Below are positions 1 through 10,036 of a stretch of DNA of 56,887 nucleotides, piece after piece. This DNA is from Candidatus Kaiserbacteria bacterium RIFCSPLOWO2_01_FULL_50_24 (lineage in GTDB: Bacteria > Patescibacteriota > Minisyncoccia > Phycocordibacterales > UBA2100): NCBI GenBank assembly GCA_001783335.1, contig MFLU01000015.1, positions 1 to 56,887 of the forward strand. The letters run 5' to 3'. A model generated the notes under the pieces. That model was not told where the DNA came from. It saw only the letters and a list, made by a program, of their open reading frames with translations, and did not search any database. The position numbers and the translations under genes were made by a program. Position 1 is the first letter of the stretch. The number at the start of each line of letters is the position of its first letter.

Positions 1-1
1 G

Positions 2-469
2 AGCGGGACTATTATAAAAAACAACGTGGAAGATAGCGGCGGAGGAAAAACTGTGGACGTGCTTATTGTGCCGGGAAAATTTCAGGGAGAAGGATGGATT
101 TTTAAATACGATCATCTTGCTTTGGAGCCGGGGCTCGCAGTCGGCAGTACTGTGCAAAAGGGTCAAAAAATTGGAATCAACGCCTTTGAACAGCGGGGGA
201 ATAACCATATTGGCCTCGAGTATCATGTCGAAAATTTCACCATTGCTCGTACCAAAATTTGCTGGGTAGATCTTCTGGAGCCGATGGCTCGACAGCAACT
301 GGAAGATGAATTTAATAAGATAAAAAATGCCCAAATGTTTTTAGAATCGTGGCAGACAGCAAACGCAGAGAGCTATTATCAATACAAAGGTCTTTTAGAT
401 AAAATAAAGTATCCGGATGGACCACAGCTTTGTTACCCCCTAGGAACCGATGCGCGAGTTCCTATGTAA
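2..469 (+). CDS. M23/LytM-like peptidase, C-terminal fragment (5' end outside window)
   Basis: The frame is open from the window edge. 'YDHLALEPGLAVGSTVQKGQKIGIN...HIGLEYHV' resembles the LytM core (HL..V..G..V..GQ.IG...H.H.E). Confidence 0.4.
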   Translation, partial: SGTIIKNNVEDSGGGKTVDVLIVPGKFQGEGWIFKYDHLALEPGLAVGSTVQKGQKIGINAFEQRGNNHIGLEYHVENFTIARTKICWVDLLEPMARQQLEDEFNKIKNAQMFLESWQTANAESYYQYKGLLDKIKYPDGPQLCYPLGTDARVPM

Positions 470-551
470 CAGGGAGGGCGTCGCCTACCTGTTTGGTGCG
501 CAATAAAACTCGAGTAATAGAATGGGGAAAACAATGTGATAGCATGCCTCC

Positions 552-1547
552 ATGCTCATAGACGAGGTATTGGTGACGCTTCATGCCGGCCACGGCGGGC
601 GCGGGGCGGTCGCATTCAACAAGGTAAAGCTCTCGCTTGGCCCAACCGGCGGCGACGGCGGCCGTGGCGCCTCTATCTATTTTGAAGGCGTTGCCGATAT
701 CAATATGCTGAAATTGTACGCAAGCCGCCGCGAGATTCGGGCAAAAAACGGCGGCAACGGTCGCGGGCAATTCATAGACGGCAAGGATGGTGCCGCCCTC
801 GTACTCAAAGTGCCGACAGGAACGAGTGTCGTGAATATGGAGACGGGTTACACGCGCGAGCTCACCCGTGTTGGCGAGCGCATCCTTGTGGCAGGCGGCG
901 GCGACGGAGGCCGCGGCAATTTCAAATTCCGCTCGGGCTCCAACACATCTCCGAAAGAATTTGAAGAGGGCAAAGATGGCGACGTCATATCCTATCGCCT
1001 CCTGCTCCGGCTTATCGCCGATGTGGGGCTCGTTGGACTTCCGAATGCGGGCAAATCGAGCCTTTTGAACGAGCTAACAGCAGCTGCGGCACAGGTGGGC
1101 GATTACCCTTTCACAACGCTTGAGCCCAATCTCGGCGCATACTACGGGCTCATCATCGCCGACATTCCGGGTCTTATTGAAGGCGCCTCGGATGGGAAAG
1201 GGCTCGGGGTGAAATTTTTAAAACACATTGAGCGCACTAAGACGCTCTTCCACCTAATTGCGACGGACTCCGACAATGTGCTCCGCGATTACGAGGTTAT
1301 CCGAGAGGAGCTCTTGAAATTCAACCCGAAGCTAGCGAAAAAGAGCGAGTGCGTCTTTCTCTCAAAGTGCGACACCGTGACGCCGGAAGAGCTGAAAGCG
1401 AAACTCGCGGCGCTGAAGCGAAAAAAAATAATCGCTACGCCGATATCGATCTTGGACGATGATTCGCTTGATGTAGTTAAGAAGATTCTCAATGAGATAA
1501 GCAAGACCGCGCCGTCTATCAACGCCGAAGAGCGGCGTGGTATTTAG
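552..1547 (+). CDS. obg: GTPase Obg/CgtA
   Basis: Gly-rich Obg fold (GGDGGRG, GGGDGGRGN), G1 'GLPNAGKSS', G3 'DIPGLIEGA'. Confidence 0.95.
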   Translation: MLIDEVLVTLHAGHGGRGAVAFNKVKLSLGPTGGDGGRGASIYFEGVADINMLKLYASRREIRAKNGGNGRGQFIDGKDGAALVLKVPTGTSVVNMETGYTRELTRVGERILVAGGGDGGRGNFKFRSGSNTSPKEFEEGKDGDVISYRLLLRLIADVGLVGLPNAGKSSLLNELTAAAAQVGDYPFTTLEPNLGAYYGLIIADIPGLIEGASDGKGLGVKFLKHIERTKTLFHLIATDSDNVLRDYEVIREELLKFNPKLAKKSECVFLSKCDTVTPEELKAKLAALKRKKIIATPISILDDDSLDVVKKILNEISKTAPSINAEERRGI

Positions 1548-1897
1548 AGGCGCGGCATCAGGGCTTGCTTTTTGGAAAAAGAGTCGGCTCCGCCGACACA
1601 AGCCAACTCTGCATCCCCACAGCAAGCTGTGGGTATTACAGGCCAATAAAAGACGCGGGGGGGTATCGGTGCGTGAACGATTCCTGAGTAAACGAGGGTA
1701 AGTACCGTTACATAGGCAAGAATGTCACATACATTGCGCAACAAATAACACATGCCAACAAACTTGAGAATGTTGGGGTGTGATGTTGGATGGAAGAGGT
1801 GTTCAGGCACTTTTTCACAAGACGACATGATAAACCGTTATCCCCCCATGGCAAAATGACAGTACCTAACACCACGTCCCTCCACTCAATTATAAAA

Positions 1898-1930
1898 AGA
1901 GTGCTGTCAGCATGTTGCTGACAGCACTCT
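1898..1930 (-). terminator. Intrinsic terminator downstream of purH
   Basis: 14-bp perfect stem 'agagtgctgtcagc'/'gctgacagcactct', followed by a T-run on the minus strand, 5 nt after the purH stop. Confidence 0.7.
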
Positions 1931-1935
1931 ATGGA

Positions 1936-3507
1936 TTAGTGGCCGAAGAACCCCCGGCCAACCTGATCCGGAATCATGTACAATGCAACGCCGTGTTTTG
2001 CGCAAACGTCGATTGTGGCCTTATCCTTGACCGAACCGCTAGAAGTGAAGATGGCGGTAGTGCCAGCGTCGATGAGAGTCTGCGGTCCGTCCGTAAACGG
2101 AAAGAATGAATCGCTGTAGGCAACAGCGCCAGCGACATCATGACCGGAACGTTTGGCACGAGTGATGGCGAGTTGCGCAGCGCCAACACGATCCTGCTGT
2201 CCGACACCGTTGCCGATAAGCTGATTGTTCTTCACAAGCGTGAGCGTGTTGCTGTTTGAAGTTGAGCCGATTGCCCAAGCGAGCATCATGTCATATTCCT
2301 GCGCTGCCGTCGCTTTGCCATGCTTCACAATATGTCCACGATCAAAATCGGGAACGAACGTGTAGTTCGGCTGTGCCAAGAATCCGCCACGAACCCAGCG
2401 GAACCGCGGCGTCTGATCGAGATGGTCAACAAGCCCACTAAGCGCCGGATTCGCAACGAATCGGCACTTATCGCCTTTTCGGCGAAGCATTGCTATCGCA
2501 CCTGGAGTGAAAGCTGGAGCGACGACGCCGTCCAGCATTTTTCCGACAAGCGATTCGCTAAGTTCCTCGTCCACTTCGAAGCTAGTCATGACCAGTCCGC
2601 CAAAGATAGCGAGTGGGTCGCCGGACATCATCTTCTTCAGAACTTCTGCTCGATCCGGTCCGGCTGCCGCGCCGCACGGATTTCCGTGCTTTACACCAAC
2701 CGCGATTGCCGTACTACCACCTCCATTGACTGCATATACCTCGGCGATATGGGTCGCTGTCTGAAGCAGACGATCAACGTCAACCCAGTTGTTGTAGCTG
2801 GGAGACGTTCCCTGAACCACAACGAACTTGTCGAGAGCGAGTGGATCCTGTGAGTCAGTTGAATAGAGATGCGCAGGCGTCTGCCACGCGTTCTCACCGT
2901 ACTTGCAGGACACGACTCTTGAAGCGATAGTACCTTCAAACGCGCCACCACTATGGAACCACGCTGATTCCAAACAGTAATCAGCAACAATCGCTTCCGC
3001 TTTGGCCGCAAGTGTATTCCTGAACTCGACCTCGTCTTGCTGATCACTCTTAAGCCATTCGACGACACGCATTCGGTCAGCTGGATCAACGACTACAATA
3101 CGTCGACCCTTAGCTCCCGATCGGATGAGAGCCGGACCGCCGATGTCGGTTTGTTCGATAACCGACTCCCCTGTTGCGCCAGAGCGGCGCGTTTCCTCTT
3201 TGAGCGGATACAGGTCCACACAGACAAGATCGATCCACGGATAGCCCAATTGGCGGAGTTCTTCTCGATGTTCTTCTGCGGCAAGCAAGCCACCGTGGAC
3301 TTGCGGAACCAAAGTTACCACTCGATGACCAAGAATTGCAGGAAGCCCCGAAAGTTCGGCCACGTCAGTCACCGAAACTCCGGCTTCCCGCAATGTCTTC
3401 GCCGTTCCACCAGACGAGAAAATTCGCCAACCGAGAGCAACGAGTTCTTGGGCAAATTCGATAATGTCATTCTTGTGATACACAGACAACAACGCGTTTT
3501 TTTTCAT
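1936..3507 (-). CDS. purH: Bifunctional AICAR formyltransferase / IMP cyclohydrolase
   Basis: MGS-like N-domain ('SVYHKNDIIEFAQELV..SSGGTAK') plus AICARFT domain. Start chosen at MKKNALL, which has 'aaaggaaaa' upstream. Confidence 0.9.
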   Translation of the reverse strand: MKKNALLSVYHKNDIIEFAQELVALGWRIFSSGGTAKTLREAGVSVTDVAELSGLPAILGHRVVTLVPQVHGGLLAAEEHREELRQLGYPWIDLVCVDLYPLKEETRRSGATGESVIEQTDIGGPALIRSGAKGRRIVVVDPADRMRVVEWLKSDQQDEVEFRNTLAAKAEAIVADYCLESAWFHSGGAFEGTIASRVVSCKYGENAWQTPAHLYSTDSQDPLALDKFVVVQGTSPSYNNWVDVDRLLQTATHIAEVYAVNGGGSTAIAVGVKHGNPCGAAAGPDRAEVLKKMMSGDPLAIFGGLVMTSFEVDEELSESLVGKMLDGVVAPAFTPGAIAMLRRKGDKCRFVANPALSGLVDHLDQTPRFRWVRGGFLAQPNYTFVPDFDRGHIVKHGKATAAQEYDMMLAWAIGSTSNSNTLTLVKNNQLIGNGVGQQDRVGAAQLAITRAKRSGHDVAGAVAYSDSFFPFTDGPQTLIDAGTTAIFTSSGSVKDKATIDVCAKHGVALYMIPDQVGRGFFGH

Positions 3508-3537
3508 ACAGATTTTCCTTTCAATTATACACAACCC

Positions 3538-3721
3538 TAGAACACATCTCAAAATAAATGGCGTAGCGAGGCAGTTTCCGGTCGTGCGAACCGAAACCCT
3601 GGAGGACGAGGCGTATCGAGATACGGCGAGTCCAAAGGGCGAGGTGCAGCCGACCGGAAACCGTCGCAGTAGCCAAGCAGAGGTCTTTTATCATAGCGGT
3701 TTATTTTGAGATGGGTTCTAG
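3538..3721. promoter_or_regulatory. 184-nt rod-like imperfect hairpin in the purH leader (function unknown)
   Basis: 22-nt terminal arms 'ctagaacacatctcaaaataaa'/'tttattttgagatgggttctag' with 1 mismatch, an inner 11-bp stem 'gtttccggtcg'/'cgaccggaaac', and an apical 'cgtat-cgag-atacg'. Confidence 0.3.
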
Positions 3722-3825
3722 ATATCCACAGAAAAGACGTGCGTCCCGAGGTGGGACTCTCGTGAAAATAGTATAGTGTGATGTATGCTGGTTGTTATTA
3801 TTTAAAAATAATTCACATAAAAAGT

Positions 3826-5184
3826 ATGAAGAAATTCATTATCGGTGCATTGTGTGTTGTCGTATTCGCAACTGCCTCGCCAGCCGTGGCTCAAACCACC
3901 GCCACGACAACAGCCGCAGATGCCACTCGACAACAGATACAAGCCCTGCTTCAGCAGATACAAGAGCTCCAACAGCAGGTAAAGAAATTGTATCAACAGA
4001 GAAAGGACATGCGGCGAGATGACCATGTCTTTGCTACAACAACACACGCCGAAGAACCGGAAGACGAAGTAGATCCCGCCACGCAACAAAAGATAGATGA
4101 TCTGCTTCAGCAGATAAAGACGCTCCAACAGCAGATGGAGACGCTCAAACAGCAGATACGGGACTTGCGCCAAGAGCGGAAGGAAATATTAAAAGAGATT
4201 CGCGCATTGCTCAAGCTGGAGAGGCCGCTGGCGCGCGGTGCGAACGGAGAGGATGTGCGCATGCTTCAAGAGGCGCTTGCGACCGACCCGGACATCTATC
4301 CGGAGGGAGACACCAGCGGATTTTTCGGTCCGCTTACCGAGCGTGCCGTAAAACGTTTTCAAGAACGATTCGGTTTGGAACAGGTGGGAAATGTGGGTCC
4401 GCAAACGCGAGAGCATATCAATTACATTCTTGAGCACGGCGCGGGTGAATCCGGCAAAGTGCCGCCGGGGCTTCTCACGAGATTCAAGGGAATGTCAATG
4501 TTCGAGGGCATGTCGGAGGCGGCAAAGCTGCGCTGCGAGACGTGGGCATATATTCCTGAAGAACGTATCCCGTTCGGCATATTCGCTCGGTGCTATGAAA
4601 TAGATCCTGCCACTCAAGAAAAGATAGACCCGCTGATTCAACAGATAGAGGCGCTGCAGCAGCAAATACAAGCGATCCAACAGCAGATAAGAGACCTGCG
4701 CGGGCAGAAGAAGGAAATACGAAAAGAGATTCGTACAATAATAAAACTGGAGAGGCCGCTCCAGCATGGATCAGAAGGAGAGGATGTGCGCATGCTTCAA
4801 GAGGCGCTTGCGACCGACCCGGACATCTATCCGGAGGGAGATACCAGCGGACTATATGATTCGCATACTGAGCGTGCCGTAAAACGTTTCCAGGAACGTT
4901 TCGGCATGGAGCAGGTGGGAAATGTCGGTCCGCAAACGCGAGAGCATATCAATTACATTCTTGAGCACGGCGCAGGCAAATCCGGCAAAGTATCGTCAGG
5001 CCTTCTCATGAAATTCAAGGGAGAATCAACCTTCGAGAGTCTGTCGGAGGCGAAAAAAGCGCGTTGTAAAACGGGATCATATTTTAAATCCTCATCCGCA
5101 TCCGGCACATCCGGCAAAATCCCGTCCGGCATATTCGCCCAGTGCGACGACCCGGAATCGTCGCCGACAGACGAGGAGGAGTAA
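3826..5184 (+). CDS. Secreted coiled-coil protein with two peptidoglycan-binding (PG_binding_1-like) modules
   Basis: Signal peptide 'MKKFIIGALCVVVFATASPAVAQ', Q-rich heptad-like stretches, and a duplicated 'GEDVRMLQEALATDPDIYPEGDTSG..ERAVKRFQERFG'. Confidence 0.7.
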   Translation: MKKFIIGALCVVVFATASPAVAQTTATTTAADATRQQIQALLQQIQELQQQVKKLYQQRKDMRRDDHVFATTTHAEEPEDEVDPATQQKIDDLLQQIKTLQQQMETLKQQIRDLRQERKEILKEIRALLKLERPLARGANGEDVRMLQEALATDPDIYPEGDTSGFFGPLTERAVKRFQERFGLEQVGNVGPQTREHINYILEHGAGESGKVPPGLLTRFKGMSMFEGMSEAAKLRCETWAYIPEERIPFGIFARCYEIDPATQEKIDPLIQQIEALQQQIQAIQQQIRDLRGQKKEIRKEIRTIIKLERPLQHGSEGEDVRMLQEALATDPDIYPEGDTSGLYDSHTERAVKRFQERFGMEQVGNVGPQTREHINYILEHGAGKSGKVSSGLLMKFKGESTFESLSEAKKARCKTGSYFKSSSASGTSGKIPSGIFAQCDDPESSPTDEEE

Positions 5185-5247
5185 AAACGGGTCGCCGGTC
5201 GATCCCCGCACACCGGCTTTGTTCTAAGTATTCTTTGGAGCTGGTTC

Positions 5248-5445
5248 ATGGTCCCAATCTTGGGGCTACCGGCCCTGTCACTAGTGCAAGCTATGGGAAT
5301 TGCGCTGGTAGTTAGGTTCATTATCTATCAGCACCACGACAGTAAGGATGAGGACGAGAACGCAATCTGGAAGGCGCTTGCGTTCGTCGTTCTTTACCCG
5401 GCGCTTGCTCTCTTCATCGGCTGGGTCGTTCACCTCTTCATGTGA
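5248..5445 (+). CDS. Small two-TM membrane protein (hypothetical)
   Basis: 65-aa ORF with two hydrophobic segments. A hairpin plus T-run follows at about 5497-5530. Confidence 0.3.
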   Translation: MVPILGLPALSLVQAMGIALVVRFIIYQHHDSKDEDENAIWKALAFVVLYPALALFIGWVVHLFM

Positions 5446-5815
5446 ATGACATTTGGCTATGGTGTGAACTTCAACTCTAAAGGGCGTCTTTGCGAAAACG
5501 GGACGCTCTTTTATTTTGATTGTGGAGAGGAAAAAGCTCTAGCAACAAAAAGTTAGACCTTTTTCTTAATTTGGGGTACTTGGGTCTCATAAAAAAGAAA
5601 AACTTGCTTGCACTAAGCGGACCTGTGCTGAGCCTCGTCGAATCAGTCGAAGTGGTACTGTCAGGAGAAATTTTCTTACAAAAACTCAGGGCGATTACTG
5701 AAAAAGTGATGTATAGAGCCCTATAAAGCCATCCGCCTCAAAGTCCTTGCGCAAATTAGATATATGTGATAGGATGCTTATCTATTAGTAGTTAGTTTAT
5801 TTTTAGTAATATATT

Positions 5816-6622
5816 ATGAGCATCAAAATAAAGAAAGTCGTTTTCGCTGTCATTGGTGCAGTGATAATTTCCGCAGGTGTCAGCGGAATATCGTTTGCCA
5901 ACGCCGACCATACATGGGGCCCGTATCACTGGGCACGAACATCGAATCCATTCACTCTTAAACTCGGCGATAACGTCTCGGGCGTTTGGGACACCCATCT
6001 TGCTCTTACGTCTGCCGATTGGAGTCTTTCATCTGTTTTGGATACGGTAATTGTAACGGGTAATAATGTACGGAAACCAAAAGCATGTAAGCCAAAGACT
6101 GGGCGAGGCGAGGTATGTAATGCTAAATATGGTTTCAACGGCTGGCTTGGAGTTGCTTCAATCTGGATATCTGGAGAGCACATCACACAAGGAACAGTGA
6201 AGCTTAACGACACGTATTTCAACACGTCTACCTACAACACATCACCGTGGAGAAATCTTGTTATGTGCCAAGAGGTTGGACACATTTTTGGACTCGACCA
6301 CCAAGATGAGATGTTCAGCAATCCAAACCTCGGAACCTGTATGGACTACACGAGCGATCCGGAAAGCAACCAGCATCCCAACACACACGATTACGAGATG
6401 CTTGAAACTATCTATGCGCACTTAGACACAACGACCACGCTGAACAAGACCGTTCGTAACACACCCATGCCTGACGTAAACCTCGATAATCCGAAGGACT
6501 GGGGTGTAGAAATACGAAGATCAAAGGATGGACGAGTGTCACTATTTGAGCGTGATCTTGGAAATGGAAAAAAGATATTCACACATGTTTTCTGGGTTGA
6601 GGGAGGTCATAGCGAAAAGTAA
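5816..6622 (+). CDS. Secreted metzincin-like protein (QExxHxxGxxH variant)
   Basis: N-terminal signal/TM 'VVFAVIGAVIISAGVSGISFANA', motif 'CQEVGHIFGLDH', and a downstream 'CMDY' Met-turn-like element. Confidence 0.5.
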   Translation: MSIKIKKVVFAVIGAVIISAGVSGISFANADHTWGPYHWARTSNPFTLKLGDNVSGVWDTHLALTSADWSLSSVLDTVIVTGNNVRKPKACKPKTGRGEVCNAKYGFNGWLGVASIWISGEHITQGTVKLNDTYFNTSTYNTSPWRNLVMCQEVGHIFGLDHQDEMFSNPNLGTCMDYTSDPESNQHPNTHDYEMLETIYAHLDTTTTLNKTVRNTPMPDVNLDNPKDWGVEIRRSKDGRVSLFERDLGNGKKIFTHVFWVEGGHSEK

Positions 6623-6645
6623 TAATAAAAAAGATAGCCTACACA

Positions 6646-6677
6646 AATACCACGGGCTCATACCCCGTGGTATTTTG
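6646..6677 (+). terminator. Intrinsic terminator after the metzincin-like gene
   Basis: 11-bp stem 'aataccacggg'/'cccgtggtatt' followed by 'ttttg'. Confidence 0.6.
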
Positions 6678-6855
6678 AGGACAACGCAAGGGCCGTTTTT
6701 TGGTAGTATTGACGCAAGGTTAGATGATACTGTGCGAAATAAGGTATTGAGACTAATCGGTGAAATCGCGCGCGATCAGTTGTAAGTGGCCGAAAAACAT
6801 CAAGGACTCGCCGCGAGGCATTTTCTTTTGAAGCCCGACCGCACAATATAATTTT

Positions 6856-8673
6856 ATGGAAATACGGAACATCGCGATTATTGCCCATGTGGACCATGGG
6901 AAGACGACGCTTACCGACGCGCTTTTGCGGCAGACGGGAGTTGCCGAGGAGGGTACGTCAATGGATTCAAACGCTCTTGAACGCGAGCGCGGCATCACAA
7001 TTTATGCAAAAAACGCTGCGATGCCATATAAAGGAACAAAAATAAACATTGTAGACACCCCCGGACACGCGGATTTCGGAAGCGAGGTGGAGCGCGTGCT
7101 CCGCTCCATTGATTCCGTGCTCCTCGTTGTAGACGCGCAAGAAGGCCCCATGCCGCAGACGCGCTTCGTACTCAAAAAATCACTGGAGCTCGGCATCAAA
7201 CCAATCGTCGTCATCAATAAGATTGATAAACCGGCGGCAGACCCAGCGAAATGCGAGGAGCAGGTTTTGGAACTCTTTTTAGAACTCGGCGCTTCAGACG
7301 AGCAGTCGGATTTTCCTGTCGTTTATACCAACGGCAAAGAGGGGGTTGCGAAACGCAAGCTCGAAGATGAGTCAAAAGATCTCACACCCCTTCTGGATAC
7401 GATACTTGAGTGCGTTCGGCCTGCTTCAAGTGAAACTACGGAGAGTGCGGTGCTCCGCCTCCAACCCTTCAATCTCGCGTACGACAATTTTCTCGGGCGA
7501 TTAGCGGTTGCACGTATATATGAGGGCACGCTTACGACAGGACAAAACGTATTCATAAAACGAGAAGGTGTGCAGACACGCGCAGGCAAAGTTACCAAAC
7601 TTTTCACTTTCCGCGGTCTGCGGCGTGAAGAAGCCGAACGCGCCGAAGCGGGCGACATCGTGCTTGTCGCGGGCTTTTCAGATATAGACATCGGCGAAAC
7701 CGTTACGTCGGACGCCGAAGCGCCGCTTCTCCCCTCCATTGCGGTGGACGAGCCGACCATCACGCTGGATTTTCTTGTGAACAATTCTCCCTTTGGCGGG
7801 CGCGAGGGAAAATTTGTGACGACACGACAGCTACGCGAGCGCCTGGAACGCGAGCTTGAGGTCAACGTTGGCCTTCGAGTTGAATTTTCCGGTGACGACT
7901 CCTCCGCCGGAGGCGGACCTGCCTTCGTTGGAAAGGTCTCTGGCCGCGGAGAGCTCCATATCGCAATACTTCTTGAGAATATGCGCCGCGAAGAATACGA
8001 GCTCCAGGTTTCCCAGCCGCAAGTAATTATCCGCGAAGAAGCGGGCGTCAAAACAGAACCGTTTGAAGAGGTCGTTATAGACATACCGAATGAGTATCAG
8101 GGCATTGTCATTCAACGACTTGGCACACGTGGCTTCGTTATGAAAAATATGACCGCGCATGCCGACCAACTCCGGCTCATTTTTGAGGGACCGACGCGGG
8201 GGCTCCTCGGCTATCGCAATCAATTTGTTATAGACACTAAAGGTGAAGGTATTATCGCCGCACGCGTTATCGGATTCCATACGTATGCGGGAGAAATCCG
8301 CACGCGCATCGTGGGCTCTATGATATCTATGGCATCCGGCAAAGCACTCGGCTACTCGCTCTGGAATCTTCAGGAACGCGGCGTGCTCTACATCACTCCG
8401 AGCACAGAAGTGTATGAAGGCATGGTAATCGGCAACACATCAAAGGGTGAAGAAATGACGGTCAATCCGACTAAAAATAAAAATCTTACCAACGTGCGTG
8501 CTTCCTCGTCAGACGAAGCGATTAATCTCACTCCGCCGCACGAGCTAACCATTGAGCGCGGACTTGAAATAATGGCAAAAGATGAATACTTGGAGATAAC
8601 TCCAAAAAGCGTGCGCCTCCGCAAGCAAAACCTGTCGGAAATTGAGCGAAGCCGAGCACGTAAGCCTGTATAG
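6856..8673 (+). CDS. typA: Translational GTPase TypA/BipA
   Basis: '[14 protein letters not shown]', 'DTPGHADF', 'NKIDK', and EF-G-like domain order over 605 aa. Confidence 0.95.
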   Translation: MEIRNIAIIAHVDHGKTTLTDALLRQTGVAEEGTSMDSNALERERGITIYAKNAAMPYKGTKINIVDTPGHADFGSEVERVLRSIDSVLLVVDAQEGPMPQTRFVLKKSLELGIKPIVVINKIDKPAADPAKCEEQVLELFLELGASDEQSDFPVVYTNGKEGVAKRKLEDESKDLTPLLDTILECVRPASSETTESAVLRLQPFNLAYDNFLGRLAVARIYEGTLTTGQNVFIKREGVQTRAGKVTKLFTFRGLRREEAERAEAGDIVLVAGFSDIDIGETVTSDAEAPLLPSIAVDEPTITLDFLVNNSPFGGREGKFVTTRQLRERLERELEVNVGLRVEFSGDDSSAGGGPAFVGKVSGRGELHIAILLENMRREEYELQVSQPQVIIREEAGVKTEPFEEVVIDIPNEYQGIVIQRLGTRGFVMKNMTAHADQLRLIFEGPTRGLLGYRNQFVIDTKGEGIIAARVIGFHTYAGEIRTRIVGSMISMASGKALGYSLWNLQERGVLYITPSTEVYEGMVIGNTSKGEEMTVNPTKNKNLTNVRASSSDEAINLTPPHELTIERGLEIMAKDEYLEITPKSVRLRKQNLSEIERSRARKPV

Positions 8674-8729
8674 TGAAATCCGCTTTGACAGTCCGGTTTT
8701 TATGCTATACAGTCCCTGCAGATAACCAT

Positions 8730-9983
8730 ATGGAGAAAACGATGCAATTTGAGAAAACAACAACGCGCTGTGGCGCACCGCTATACCTATTCCGTATGCC
8801 GCACGTTGGAAGCGTCGCGGTCGGTGTGTTGGTGTTTGCAGGCACGCGCGACGAGGCGTGGCCGAAAGAGGCCGGCATCGCGCACGCAACTGAACACATG
8901 GTGTTTCAGGGCAACGAACGGCTCCACGATTCGCGCGCTGTCGCGGCCGAAATAGAAGTCGTTGGTGGCGCTTTAAATGCGTGGACGTCAAAAGAAATGA
9001 CATTTTATTTCCGCGTCGTGCCGTCTGATTCGCTCAACGTTGCAACGCAATCACTCGGAAGCACGCTAAACACATCGCTTTTCCAGCCAGAGAAAATCAC
9101 ACCGGAAATGCAAAATATCGTGGAGGAGATACGGCGCACGCACGATTCCCCCGAAAAGTGGTGTCTTGATGTGTTTGAGACTGTCGTGTACGGCAAGCAC
9201 CCCCTTGGAAAATCAACGCTCGGCACGGAAGATTCGGTGACGAGCTTCACGCGCGACGATTTTAACACATTCATGGCGCGCTTGTACTGTCCGGCCAATT
9301 ACGCATTCATAGTTGTCGGCAACACAACGCGTACGAAAGCAGAAAAAGCGTTCAACAGCGTGTTCCAGCGAGACTCTCGTTCCTGCAAAAAGCGCCCTGC
9401 CGCACTTTTAGAGCACACGAATGGCACCCGCGAAATATTTGAGCGCGACATTAAGCAGGCGCATGTGTGCCTCGGCACCACGATAGGCAGCGCGCGCGAG
9501 CCGGACACAAAAGCACTGGGATTCTACAGAGCAATGATAGACGGTGGCATGTCGTTTCCGCTCTTTCAGGAAGTGCGCGATAAACGCGGGCTGTGCTACG
9601 CGATAGGCGCAGATGTGGCACCGTGGAGCGACTACGGCCTTTTTCAGGTGTATGTCGGCACAAATCCTGCGCGTATGCATGAGGCGCTTTTGTGCATTCA
9701 AGACATCGTTAAAAATTCATACAAAGACAGAGAACTTTTTGCGCAGGCGAAAACGCTCCTCCTCGGCAGAACGGCGATCTCTTTCTCAAGTCCGGTCGGC
9801 GTATTGCAACAGGCGGCGCAAGATATCGTATTTCTTGGAGGTCCTCGATCGCCTGCGGAAATCCGCAAGGAGATAGAGGCGCAAACGCCCGAAGGCGTTG
9901 CGCGGGCAGTTGAAAAACATTTGCTCAATTCAGATGAGTACTCATATGCCTACGTTGTGCCGAAAGGCACGAAGGTGCGATAG
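8730..9983 (+). CDS. M16 family (pitrilysin-like) zinc peptidase
   Basis: Inverted zinc motif 'HATEHMVFQG'. Start set at MEKTMQFEK. Confidence 0.85.
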   Translation: MEKTMQFEKTTTRCGAPLYLFRMPHVGSVAVGVLVFAGTRDEAWPKEAGIAHATEHMVFQGNERLHDSRAVAAEIEVVGGALNAWTSKEMTFYFRVVPSDSLNVATQSLGSTLNTSLFQPEKITPEMQNIVEEIRRTHDSPEKWCLDVFETVVYGKHPLGKSTLGTEDSVTSFTRDDFNTFMARLYCPANYAFIVVGNTTRTKAEKAFNSVFQRDSRSCKKRPAALLEHTNGTREIFERDIKQAHVCLGTTIGSAREPDTKALGFYRAMIDGGMSFPLFQEVRDKRGLCYAIGADVAPWSDYGLFQVYVGTNPARMHEALLCIQDIVKNSYKDRELFAQAKTLLLGRTAISFSSPVGVLQQAAQDIVFLGGPRSPAEIRKEIEAQTPEGVARAVEKHLLNSDEYSYAYVVPKGTKVR

Positions 9984-9993
9984 AAAGTGGTTT

Positions 9994-10020
9994 GATCCCG
10001 CGCAAAGCGGGATCTTTTGT
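9994..10020 (+). terminator. Intrinsic terminator after the M16 peptidase gene
   Basis: 'gatcccgc-gcaaa-gcgggatc' followed by 'ttttgt'. Confidence 0.6.
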
Positions 10021-10036
10021 TGTACACTCCAGATGC

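Noticed and set aside
1544-1828. 94-aa minus-strand ORF in the obg/purH convergent spacer, and the possibility of an ncRNA there
   Set aside because: There is no SD and no domain signal. The region has one short hairpin ('cccacagc-aa-gctgtggg') but nothing I can assign, so it is left unannotated.
3538-3721. ZTP (pfl) riboswitch, 6S RNA or SRP RNA assignment for the structured purH leader
   Set aside because: A 'GGUCGUG'-like string occurs only on the strand antisense to purH, and I could not find the 'CCGCCUGGGC'-type 3' element on the sense strand. There is no GNAR tetraloop with an SRP-type loop pattern and no large central bubble as in 6S RNA. The element is left as an unassigned structure.
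7323-8084. 253-aa antisense ORF inside typA, with similar long antisense ORFs inside the ATPase, the giant protein, E1 genes and others
   Set aside because: These are shadow ORFs opposite strongly supported genes. They have Ser/Arg/Pro-rich low-complexity translations.
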